A DNA stretch of 40,000 nucleotides, taken from Bryobacterales bacterium. Its GTDB lineage: Bacteria; Acidobacteriota; Terriglobia; Bryobacterales; Bryobacteraceae. The translations under genes were made by a program, and so were the position numbers. Location: positions 185,086-225,085 of the forward strand of contig CAVUUB010000020.1 in assembly GCA_963744555.1 (NCBI GenBank). Direction: 5' to 3'. Shown piece by piece: positions 20,811 through 28,812 of this stretch. Positions within the stretch are counted from its first letter, which is position 1, and the number at the start of each line of letters is the position of its first letter. The notes beneath the pieces were generated by a model. That model ran no database searches. It had not been told where the DNA came from and saw nothing but the letters and a program-made list of their open reading frames with translations.

Positions 20811-21329
20811 CTACTTCTGCTTCAACATCTGCTCCATAATCTGCTTTGACGACGGCTCAACAGCCACTTCGCTGACAGCAGCCGCGAACTTTTTAGCATC
20901 GGCTGTTTTTTCCGCGATTCGCCCTGTAGTTGAAGCGACTTGCTTCGTGAGCTCTTCGAATAGTTCGGGAAGCTTTTCGACGCCTTGAATCCGCAATCGA
21001 CGAGTCGCCTCGTTGAAAGGCCAATCTTCCAAGTAGGTGTCGCCATCCATCTCATTACCGCTGCGGTTTCTCAGAGAGATTCCCCATTTTCCATTTATCT
21101 TGTCGTATCCGAGCTCCTCTGCTGTGTACCGAAGTCCATCCTCGGAAGACCACTGATGGATGGTGACCCAGCATGGAATTCCGAGGTTCAGTTTCTTCAA
21201 AGAGGCATCTAGTTCGGAGACAGATTTTCCAAGTTCATCGGAAACTTTGTTGAGGGTTGCTGCGGCAGCGGAAAGCTGTCGGAAGGCTTCTTGCACTTTC
21301 AATGCAAGAGTATCGCTATTATCTTTCAT
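20811..21329 (-). CDS. Hypothetical protein, paralog A of 28289..28804
   Basis: A 172-aa ORF with shared blocks with the 171-aa ORF at 28289: LKKLNLGIPCW / LSKLNLGVSAW, LGYDKINGKWGISLRNRSG / IGYSKIGKDWHIAIRKTSG, and WPFNEATRRLRIQGVEKLPELFEEL / WPFDEAPRWMQIESVGKIPDLFDEL. Confidence 0.6.
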   Translation of the reverse strand: MKDNSDTLALKVQEAFRQLSAAAATLNKVSDELGKSVSELDASLKKLNLGIPCWVTIHQWSSEDGLRYTAEELGYDKINGKWGISLRNRSGNEMDGDTYLEDWPFNEATRRLRIQGVEKLPELFEELTKQVASTTGRIAEKTADAKKFAAAVSEVAVEPSSKQIMEQMLKQK

Positions 21330-21505
21330 ACTAGCTCCAGGCCAGACAGGCCATTGAAATCACCGCCGTCAAGCGATGGGACCACACCGGCTTCCACCGT
21401 ATAGCGATCCGTGGTCATCATACCAGATCTTGCAGGAATCGATGATCCACTGTCTGTACAGCAAAGCGGTAGCATGCCCTAGAACTGTCGGGCCAGCAGC
21501 AATGA

Positions 21506-22063
21506 TCACTCGAAGCTAATGAATCGGAATGCGGCCGAATGAACCAATGTATCTGAATGAAAACCTTCGCGCCGCAGCGCGACCATGAGCTCGGCGAACG
21601 TTCGTTGCAGTTCTGATTGCAGAGAGGATTTCTCAGTTACCGGGAGTGCGGCAACCTTTATTTGGAGGTCGATGTGTGCATTGAATGCATTAACAATTTC
21701 GTCGGGAGCATGCAGGAATAGTGCGGCGTGGGCCGCCAGAAATCTCCGGTTATCCTCATCAGTCACTTTGCGACCGCTTAACAAAGTCGCCGCAGCGGCC
21801 TCGGCGAACTGGATGTACAATTCCTGTCGCTTTGTCAGGCGGGACGTCTCGCGCTGTACGTTACCCCGAAGCCTTTCGAGTGTTTCAACGTATGGGAGTC
21901 TCGCTTGCTCCGTGAGTGAGGTGATCTCGGCGACATCTTCCTTGGTTGCCAAGTTCTCCGCCTTCTTCTCTACATATTTGGGTAAATATCGCCAGGCGAA
22001 GAGCGAAAGTCCGCCAATAGCCACGAACTGGCCAACCTGCAGTGCGATAAATAAGCCGTCCAT
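21506..22063 (-). CDS. Hypothetical N-terminally membrane-anchored protein
   Basis: A 185-aa ORF with one N-terminal TM helix (FIALQVGQFVAIGGLSLFAW) followed by a helical/charged region. No family was recognised. Confidence 0.5.
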   Translation of the reverse strand: MDGLFIALQVGQFVAIGGLSLFAWRYLPKYVEKKAENLATKEDVAEITSLTEQARLPYVETLERLRGNVQRETSRLTKRQELYIQFAEAAAATLLSGRKVTDEDNRRFLAAHAALFLHAPDEIVNAFNAHIDLQIKVAALPVTEKSSLQSELQRTFAELMVALRREGFHSDTLVHSAAFRFISFE

Positions 22064-22295
22064 GATTCGATGTTGTCAACGGGAGAGTCGAGCTTGGCCA
22101 GACGATAACAAGTAGTTAGGCCGTTTACATACTGATGCAATGCAGCGACTTGCTGCAAGCTCACTTATTTTACCTCGCAAGCAAGTGATGGGAGTTTTGG
22201 ACGACCTTGCTGCACGCATAGCCGTCTGAGTCCTTTTACGAGCACGTCTTGATGCGACTACAGGGCGGAGCTCAGGAGAGGAACCGGGTTTTAGG

Positions 22296-23054
22296 TCACT
22301 TCACATTATCAAGCGCGAAGCGAAGCCAGTCGAGGTAGAACTTACTCCCGCCGTCAAAGATCCTGCTCGTGAAAACACCCAGCTCGTATAAATACCTGCC
22401 ATCATTATTCATCGCGCACTGCTCGACCCTCTTCGCATAGTTCTCCTCGTCTACGTTGATTGCTGGGTCGATTGGTACGCCCAGAGATTTGTTGGCCGAT
22501 TCAGGACCAGCAAAGGGATCGCCATCCGCGATGGGTATCGCACCACCTGCGAGAGTATGTATCCACACCTGACGATAGCGGTTCACTTCTTCAATGAACG
22601 CGTGTCTGGCCTCTAAGAGAGCCAAAGACGAGGGAAAGCGTTTCTTTAACTCGCGTTTAAACTGCGTCGAGCGAAAGTTACGTTCCCCACCCTTGATAGG
22701 AAGTGAAAGTGCGTCGCTTAGCCAGTCGGCGATGTTGTCTATAAGTGCTTGCGCAAAGAAGATAGTTCCGGCAGAGTAAAATTGACCCGGCGTAACATGT
22801 TCTAAGTTGAGATCCTTACCCCTTGGCAGGCCGTTGGCGGAGCGGTCGGCGAAGGCAATGCAGTCTAGGTATGTCGAAATTCCGCGCCACCTGCACCAGG
22901 GCTGGACCTGTTGAGCGCCGTCGGGCATCAGCTTCAAACCTCGGCCTGCCAACTCAGCGAAAATTGGCATGGTTTGGAACTGGCGCCGCTGAAGTTCGAC
23001 CGGAACGAAGTATGAGGTTATGAGCCGGTGGCGGTCTTGATCGCTTGAGTGCAT
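22296..23054 (-). CDS. Hypothetical protein with an Rx4H (HEPN-like) motif
   Basis: A 252-aa ORF. EEVNRYRQVWIHT (nt about 22557-22574) contains R161-x4-H166 in a predicted helical context. The assignment to HEPN is speculative. Confidence 0.5.
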   Translation of the reverse strand: MHSSDQDRHRLITSYFVPVELQRRQFQTMPIFAELAGRGLKLMPDGAQQVQPWCRWRGISTYLDCIAFADRSANGLPRGKDLNLEHVTPGQFYSAGTIFFAQALIDNIADWLSDALSLPIKGGERNFRSTQFKRELKKRFPSSLALLEARHAFIEEVNRYRQVWIHTLAGGAIPIADGDPFAGPESANKSLGVPIDPAINVDEENYAKRVEQCAMNNDGRYLYELGVFTSRIFDGGSKFYLDWLRFALDNVK

Positions 23055-23194
23055 TGCCCAGAGGGTAACAAGTGGGTTCCTCTGTGACCAAGGCTTGCCA
23101 CGTAAATGACCGGCTGTCCTGCGCCCGTGCGACCACTACCTCTTCTAAACAGCCTACGGACCGCCATCGCAAAGCGACAGAGCGGCGTCCCTAC

Positions 23195-23305
23195 AATGTG
23201 ATGCATGGTCGCGGGAACGCAACCGCGTGGTGCCAAATCCGCTTAAACGCGCGCGAGACGCCCCCCGCCCCCCTGGGTGAACATCTCGCTCCCTCTCTCT
23301 TACCC
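23195..23305. repeat. Inverted repeat copy B (about 111 bp)
   Basis: This is the reverse complement of copy A (19889-20000). GCTTGACGGGG occurs at 19881-19891 (abutting A) and again at 23314-23324 (8 nt beyond B) in direct orientation. Confidence 0.85.
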
Positions 23306-23709
23306 TTTCGCACGCTTGACGGGGTATACAATAGCGCCCCCTGTTTTTGCCCCACCCCCCGGCGCGGAACGCGCATCGCGGAACAGGCGTCGCGCTTAAG
23401 AAAGCTCACGCGGGGGAAATTCGCGTTCGCGATGTGTTGCTGCATTGGATGCGCTATGACGGCTCGGAATAAATCGAAGTCGTGCGCGGGCGCGAGCGAA
23501 AAAGCCCGCCGCTTACGGATTTAAAATTACGCCCGTGTAATTAGAAAAACAATTTCTCGAAGCTTGGCTCGCCCCAGATGTTCCGGCATCTGTGAGTTGT
23601 TGCTTAGCCGTAAAGCTATGTTTCCATAGCAGATTAACGCTTCTTGTTTTTATCTGGGAACGCCCGCCTGCCTATTGCGGTCGCGGTTGCCGCCCTACCT
23701 AGAACGATC

Positions 23710-23985
23710 TTATTGAATCGTCCCCTCGAACTTTCTGAGAAACTCAGTTAGCTGGTCTGTTGTCGTTAGCTTTCCAATTGTCTCTCTTACTGCACGCAAT
23801 TCAGGAGCGTCTCTGATCTGGCCAGCGAGTCGCTTCAAATAATCAGGGCTAACTAGAACGCTGTTTATATTCATCAGAGCAACACGCTGAACCTGCATCG
23901 AAACGGTTAGATCGTGGATGACCTCAAGCAAGATCTTGGTTACCTTAACGAAATCTTCAACCGGAACAAACTTGTCGTCTGCCAT
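23710..23985 (-). CDS. Hypothetical protein (91 aa)
   Basis: An ORF with AT-rich island-type codon usage. No family was recognised. Confidence 0.4.
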   Translation of the reverse strand: MADDKFVPVEDFVKVTKILLEVIHDLTVSMQVQRVALMNINSVLVSPDYLKRLAGQIRDAPELRAVRETIGKLTTTDQLTEFLRKFEGTIQ

Positions 23986-24053
23986 TAGAATCTTTTCTCC
24001 TCGTTGGTTAAGGTCATGCGGTATTCTAACGCCTGGATCGGGCTTGTCAATGA

Positions 24054-24227
24054 TTATTTCAAAAAGGTGTTGTATACCCAGCGAACCAAATCTGCCAAGA
24101 GAATTATCATTCCGATAGACACTGCTGCCGTGATCACCTCGCGTCTCAACGCGCTAATGATTCGCTCAGGTAGGGCCTGGACATCTGCTCGCAGGGCTTT
24201 AATCTCTTCCAGGGATTCGTCAGGCAT
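24054..24227 (-). CDS. Possible small membrane protein (57 aa)
   Basis: MPDESLEEIKALRADVQALPERIISALRREVITAAVSIGMIILLADLVRWVYNTFLK*. It has a C-terminal TM helix and is below the ORF-track cut-off. Confidence 0.25.
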   Translation of the reverse strand: MPDESLEEIKALRADVQALPERIISALRREVITAAVSIGMIILLADLVRWVYNTFLK

Positions 24228-24251
24228 TGCCGGGGAATTTTATCACAACTG

Positions 24252-24291
24252 GCTAAGCATGCCCTCGCAATTCAGCACGGCCACTAGCGCC
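24252..24291. repeat. Direct repeat copy 1 (about 40 bp)
   Basis: GCTAAGCATGCCCTCGCAATTCAGCACGGCCACTAGCGCC compared with GCTAGCACGCCCTCGCTATCAGCACGGCCACTAGCGCC at 26307-26344. Confidence 0.8.
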
Positions 24292-24322
24292 GCGCGGCTG
24301 CCGCTTGCTCGTTCACAAAATT

Positions 24323-25033
24323 CTATTTCAGGAAGTGACCAGCAAGCCAGCCAACAACGCCACCGACAACCGCACCGATTGCCGCCGAGACCGCGTGTTT
24401 TGAAAAATCTTCTCGATTTCTAACCCAGAACGAAGGGGAGTTGAGTCTGGTTTCTAAACTCAGATAGTTGCCAATGCTGGCGACAGCCAAGATAGGGAAC
24501 CCTACGGTGGCTGCAATCCAACCAAGAAACTCAAACTGCAAAGACCATGAAACCGCCTCGTTCCGTGGTCCAGGCGCGGGAACTGGCGGACTTGTATTAA
24601 GATGGCGGCTCATAAAGACTACCAAGCCAATGACAGAAACCATCGCAAGAACAACAAATATCCAGCGAACGTACGGCCGTTGATAGTCGCTGAGAAAGTC
24701 TTTTATTCGAAAGAACAACGCATCAGCCTCGTTGGTAGCTTCTTCCGCCCGCAACTCGTTAAATACGAGAGTAGAAGGTGGGGACGTTTTCGACTGCTCC
24801 GACTTGTTCAGTACGAAATGCAAGCCCGGCTGTTCACCGTGAATTTCAAGATGGTCTATCCTAGGACCCTTTTGTGCCTTCATTTCGTCAAAGGACTCGT
24901 AGCGATACCGCTTGTCGGAAATCGTGACCCTAGCGCACTTGCTTTGAAACAGGTCAAGGAGTTGGTCGAGATCCTCCCGGTACATCTTGAGTTTCCTCAG
25001 TTGTGCGCTTTTAGGGTGTTTGATGGGTTCCAC
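24323..25033 (-). CDS. Hypothetical membrane protein (236 aa)
   Basis: A soluble N-terminal half is followed by three hydrophobic helices (WIFVVLAMVSVIGLVVF, LGWIAATVGFPILAVASI, AAIGAVVGGVVGWLAG). Confidence 0.5.
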   Translation of the reverse strand: MEPIKHPKSAQLRKLKMYREDLDQLLDLFQSKCARVTISDKRYRYESFDEMKAQKGPRIDHLEIHGEQPGLHFVLNKSEQSKTSPPSTLVFNELRAEEATNEADALFFRIKDFLSDYQRPYVRWIFVVLAMVSVIGLVVFMSRHLNTSPPVPAPGPRNEAVSWSLQFEFLGWIAATVGFPILAVASIGNYLSLETRLNSPSFWVRNREDFSKHAVSAAIGAVVGGVVGWLAGHFLK

Positions 25034-25350
25034 TGGCTGCCCCTTAACAACAATAGTTTGTCACGGCTCAGGACACTATTTCTTAGTGAACCAGCATGAT
25101 CGCCACCAATCCAATCGTCACGCCTGCGGATCAGTTGCAACCGGGTTCTTGGCCCCAACAGGAAAGAGCCGGTAGCCTTTGCCACTGCGCCCCCGTGCCG
25201 GGCCGTAACGCCCGGTGGCAACCTACTACGAACCATGCGCCCGGCGGCCCAACGGCAGCCGGTGTCCGGGGGAATTTTGGGGCAACGTGGCGGGGTCGGC
25301 GCGCCTATTGCCGATACTAACGCCATACGGCTACACTAGCCCTGGAAGGG

Positions 25351-25839
25351 ATGATTAAAATGAAACGGCTTTTCCGCTTAGGCTTATTGATCGTTGTGGT
25401 GTTTGCGCCTATAAGGGCCGATGACCCAATCAAGTTCTTTGGCGATGGGCATGATTGGCAAGAAATGGGAACAGCCTTCTCGAAAGCGATGTACATCGAC
25501 GGTTTTAAGCAAGGGCTATCATGTGCCGGGATGCAGTTGCACCATGAGCCCATCACGCTAGAGCAGATAATTGAAACATCAAAAGCGATTGGCGAAGATC
25601 AAACCACGCCGAACAAGCCGGTACCGCGTATCCAGATGGTGTTGGCTGTTGATTCCTTCTATAGCGATGTGAGGAATGTGAACATCGCCATACCCCTGGC
25701 GCTCCGCTGGGCCAAAGTGAAGCTTGATGGGGGGACGCCGGAAGATCTGGGTGCCTTTGCTGCCGTTTTACGGACCAATCACGAAGAGGTGAGTCAAAGT
25801 AGCCCCGCGCGCGTGCCGCAGGCCCGGTCAAATCTTTAG
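25351..25839 (+). CDS. Hypothetical secreted protein (162 aa)
   Basis: Signal-peptide-like N-terminus MIKMKRLFRLGLLIVVVFAPIRA. No family was recognised. Confidence 0.5.
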   Translation: MIKMKRLFRLGLLIVVVFAPIRADDPIKFFGDGHDWQEMGTAFSKAMYIDGFKQGLSCAGMQLHHEPITLEQIIETSKAIGEDQTTPNKPVPRIQMVLAVDSFYSDVRNVNIAIPLALRWAKVKLDGGTPEDLGAFAAVLRTNHEEVSQSSPARVPQARSNL

Positions 25840-26283
25840 CAATTCCGAGATGGTGTTCTGCGGCATGTTCGGCTGCAGGCCAAGAAATGCCGCAACAACG
25901 ACTTTCATTTCTTTGCTAATCGCCACGAAGTCCCACCTTTTCTCCGGAGGCGTACCCGCAATGCGTTGGGTCGTGAGATGATGCAGTTGCTTGTTTGCAC
26001 GCTTGCGCGCCTTTTCGAGAACAGGACTGATCGCTGGCCCCTTAGTGTTCCAATTCGCAACATAGTGTTCTGCGATCACATCATCTACCTTGGGGCGCAC
26101 AGGATAAAAGAATTCGATTAAGTTCCTGAGATGGAGTACGGTATCCTCGACCATGAGATTCTCCAGGAACTGGTCACCCCCCGGTTGTATTGCCCGCGCA
26201 AGAACGAACATCTGAACTTCATAGAAAAGATGCTCCTTGGCAAAATCGAAGAAGTTAACGGGCTGTGGCGACTTTGGCTTCAT
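25828..26283 (-). CDS. Hypothetical protein (151 aa)
   Basis: An intact ORF convergent with 25351..25839, overlapping it by 12 nt. No family was recognised with confidence. Confidence 0.5.
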   Translation of the reverse strand: MKPKSPQPVNFFDFAKEHLFYEVQMFVLARAIQPGGDQFLENLMVEDTVLHLRNLIEFFYPVRPKVDDVIAEHYVANWNTKGPAISPVLEKARKRANKQLHHLTTQRIAGTPPEKRWDFVAISKEMKVVVAAFLGLQPNMPQNTISELLKI

Positions 26284-26306
26284 GAATCAAATTGTAGCCC
26301 GGCCCC

Positions 26307-26344
26307 GCTAGCACGCCCTCGCTATCAGCACGGCCACTAGCGCC
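26307..26344. repeat. Direct repeat copy 2 (about 40 bp)
   Basis: See 24252-24291. The core GCCCTCGC(A/-)(A/T)(T/A)TCAGCACGGCCACTAGCGCC is shared. Confidence 0.8.
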
Positions 26345-26442
26345 AGCACCAACCCGGCGGCAGCATCCTCAGCCTAGACCAACCACCTACGCCAGCCCCG
26401 CCGGGCGTAGCGGGCCTGGAGCCAACGGTTAGATGGCAGGAT

Positions 26443-26937
26443 TCATAGTTGGTTGCTTTTCATCCGTTGGTGGTAAGTTACAGTGAGTCCAAGCCCCGGT
26501 ATGTCGTACAGGATGATCACTGTTTGTGGCAGCAGCCATTCCCAGGTTCGCTCTGGGAAGAGGCGACTGCCTTCTACCTTTACTGACGTCGGCTCGCCGT
26601 ACTTCTCACGAAGTCCCTGCAGAAAATTGATATTGGCGGGGGCGGAGTCTTTAGCATCTGTGAGGCTGATTTTGACGCTGCCCAGCCCGCCCGATTTGAA
26701 AATGAATTCAACGCGGTAGGTTATGGGTGAGGGTCCAATGGTTATATGGTCCAGACCAAAGAAATGGTTGACCGGGTTCCTGGGGTATGGATAAACCCGC
26801 GCCTCCGGAAAGGCTTCCCGGATCTGTGCTTCCGTCATTCCCCACTTGGCCTTGGTCCATCCACCTGGGTCATCCTGCGCGCCTAGACTAAAGCAGGCTA
26901 GGAACGCCACGATCAATTTGATGTTCACACTCGGCAC
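26443..26937 (-). CDS. Hypothetical secreted protein (164 aa)
   Basis: Signal peptide MPSVNIKLIVAFLACFSLGAQ. No family was recognised. Confidence 0.5.
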   Translation of the reverse strand: MPSVNIKLIVAFLACFSLGAQDDPGGWTKAKWGMTEAQIREAFPEARVYPYPRNPVNHFFGLDHITIGPSPITYRVEFIFKSGGLGSVKISLTDAKDSAPANINFLQGLREKYGEPTSVKVEGSRLFPERTWEWLLPQTVIILYDIPGLGLTVTYHQRMKSNQL

Positions 26938-27048
26938 CTGACCTTCGCCATCGACTCTTGTCGATTCGATCTTTAGCCCACAGGTGAACGCAAAAAGGGC
27001 CGGAAGCCTCGCGGCCCCGGCCCATCCAACTTTCGAGTTGGCTCCTAG

Positions 27049-27345
27049 CTACCGCACCTTGTACGTTCGCAGCCCGCCTTTCTCCTTCGATGATTCAACT
27101 TTGAAGCCGTGCAGGCGCCCCAGGTTGCTGATGAATCCTCACGCGGCATGCGTCTGGGTCCATCCAAACGCTTTCATGAGTGCGGGGACGGTGGTACCTT
27201 TGCGGAGCATGGCAATGGCGGCACGTCCTTAGGCTTCCTGGCCAATTTCCGGGGCTTGGTGGCCTTCTTTGCGGTACGCTTGGCCCTTTTGCCCTTCTTG
27301 CTGGTGGTAACCGCCGGGGGCGGCCTTTTCTGTGGTTTGTTCCAT
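27049..27345 (-). pseudogene. DUF3489-like gene, frameshifted and with an internal TGA
   Basis: The ATG at 27345 follows AGGAGGGCGG, and that frame stops after 38 aa. A second frame carries a Lys/Arg-rich segment (TSKKGKRAKRTAKKATKPRKLARK). A third frame reads AAIAMLRKGTTVPALMKAFGWTQTHAA*GFISNLGRLHGFKVESSKEKGGLRTYKVR*, which is the DUF3489 pattern. The TGA at 27139-27141 sits where that family has a conserved Arg (HSVRGF). Confidence 0.55.
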
Positions 27346-27422
27346 GTTGCCGCCCTCCTAATTGGCGGTGACACGATTCATCACTCAGAAGGCTTCAAGA
27401 TGCAAGTCGGAAGAATACCCTA
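27341..27422. repeat. Direct repeat copy 2 (about 82 bp)
   Basis: See 20529-20610. Confidence 0.85.
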
Positions 27423-27619
27423 CGGGATGGCAAGTATGCGAAACAATTGGTGATAAAATTGTTCTATTGGACGTCTTCTATTACCTCACTCAACCACCAA
27501 CGCAAAAGTCATGGGTTGATGTAGTCGGTATCTTTGCGCCCGTTGTCGCCACGATTGTCGCCATCGTCATCAGCCTTAGGGTTGCCAGCAAGTAAAACGA
27601 TATCCAAGAGCGACAATTC

Positions 27620-28036
27620 ATGAAGGAAGCCGAGATACAGGAGCGACAACTCAAAAAAGATTTGTTTGATCGTCGTTTTAACGTATACGCGGAAACTGGT
27701 GACTTTATCGATTACGTCCGTCGCAACGACGGCAAGACCAAGCTTAGCGGTCCTGAATACCTTCGTTTCCACGAAGTACTAGAGAAAGCGGAAATGCTCT
27801 TCCGCCCCGAAGTGCACAAGTATCTAATTGAAATCAGGGACGCCGCCGGAAACTTCTATGCCGACAAGTTCAAGGAAAACGAGGCCGCAGTTACTGGCAT
27901 GCATCAAGACGTGCTAGATCGCCTTAACGATGTGAGGAAGCGGCTATCCGTTCTATGGAAGCAACGAAATGATGTGTTCCGTCCTGAGTTGCATCTGGGC
28001 TCCGTTGAAAACAAGCCCAGTGTGCCTGGCAACTAG
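27620..28036 (+). CDS. Hypothetical protein (138 aa), possibly the distal part of a gene split by an in-frame TAA
   Basis: The ORF is in the same frame as 27362..27595, which ends with a TM helix (VGIFAPVVATIVAIVISL). A single TAA at 27593-27595 separates them. Confidence 0.45.
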   Translation: MKEAEIQERQLKKDLFDRRFNVYAETGDFIDYVRRNDGKTKLSGPEYLRFHEVLEKAEMLFRPEVHKYLIEIRDAAGNFYADKFKENEAAVTGMHQDVLDRLNDVRKRLSVLWKQRNDVFRPELHLGSVENKPSVPGN

Positions 28037-28122
28037 CGCAGCCTCGGAAAAGAAGAAAAGCCCCCGGCTACCGAACCAGGGGTATAGATCGATTGCTCTT
28101 TGCTCTAGGCTGCTCTTGGGGG

Positions 28123-28156
28123 CTCCTAACGCCACATCACTCCTAACGCCACATCA
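28123..28156. repeat. Perfect 17-bp tandem duplication in intergenic region
   Basis: CTCCTAACGCCACATCA occurs twice (28123-28139 and 28140-28156), upstream of the 28289 gene. Confidence 0.9.
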
Positions 28157-28288
28157 CCAAGATTCGCTCATGCTATACTTACGCCATCGTCGGCAGACTT
28201 GTTGATTGAGGTGTTTACACCTGGGGCAAGGCCCAAATCGATCTCAGCGCTCTGGCGGCGGCGATTAATAAGTTAGGAGTTAACTTCA

Positions 28289-28804
28289 ATGAGCACGAAC
28301 AAAGTCCCTCCGGGGGGCCAGAAAAAGGGGCCTCTTCCTGCCGAGAGGATTGTTTCTTCCTTTAAACAACTCGCCGTTTTCTCCACCGACCTCAATTCTG
28401 CCGTCGATGAACTCTGCGACAATATTTCTCCTCTTGACCGCGCTTTGAGCAAGCTTAACCTCGGAGTCTCAGCTTGGTACCAGATCGCGGGGCACGAAGA
28501 TGACGACATGACTTTCTGGAGCCGCGATATCGGGTACTCCAAAATCGGTAAGGACTGGCATATTGCCATCAGGAAAACTTCAGGCCATGAGCCTGACGTG
28601 TATCACGAGGAAGTTTGGCCCTTCGATGAGGCTCCTCGCTGGATGCAAATCGAAAGCGTCGGCAAGATTCCCGATCTTTTCGATGAGCTGATCAAGAGGA
28701 CCGAAGATACGATCAAGAAGATACGTGCCAAGACGATTGAGGCGCGCGATCTCGCCACCGCAATTAGCGGAGCGATATCTGCTCTTTCGCCGCAGGACCA
28801 ATAG
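28289..28804 (+). CDS. Hypothetical protein, paralog B of 20811..21329
   Basis: See the shared blocks listed for 20811..21329. Its orientation is opposite to paralog A. Confidence 0.6.
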   Translation: MSTNKVPPGGQKKGPLPAERIVSSFKQLAVFSTDLNSAVDELCDNISPLDRALSKLNLGVSAWYQIAGHEDDDMTFWSRDIGYSKIGKDWHIAIRKTSGHEPDVYHEEVWPFDEAPRWMQIESVGKIPDLFDELIKRTEDTIKKIRAKTIEARDLATAISGAISALSPQDQ

Positions 28805-28812
28805 TCCCGGAG

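Noticed and set aside
23314-23333. Sigma-70-like promoter TTGACG ... TATACAAT
   Set aside because: The two hexamer-like elements are only about 3-4 nt apart, far from the 16-18 nt spacing required.
23072-23524. 150-aa plus-strand ORF spanning inverted repeat copy B
   Set aside because: It runs through the repeat and a GC-rich non-coding stretch. It has an Arg/Ala/Cys-rich composition and no RBS, so it is likely spurious.
25260-25325. Third, degenerate copy of the sequence flanking inverted repeat B (GGGGCAA...CGCCTATTG...)
   Set aside because: Only short scattered matches (GGGGCAA, CGC(C)TATTG) were seen, and they are not collinear enough to call without a proper alignment.
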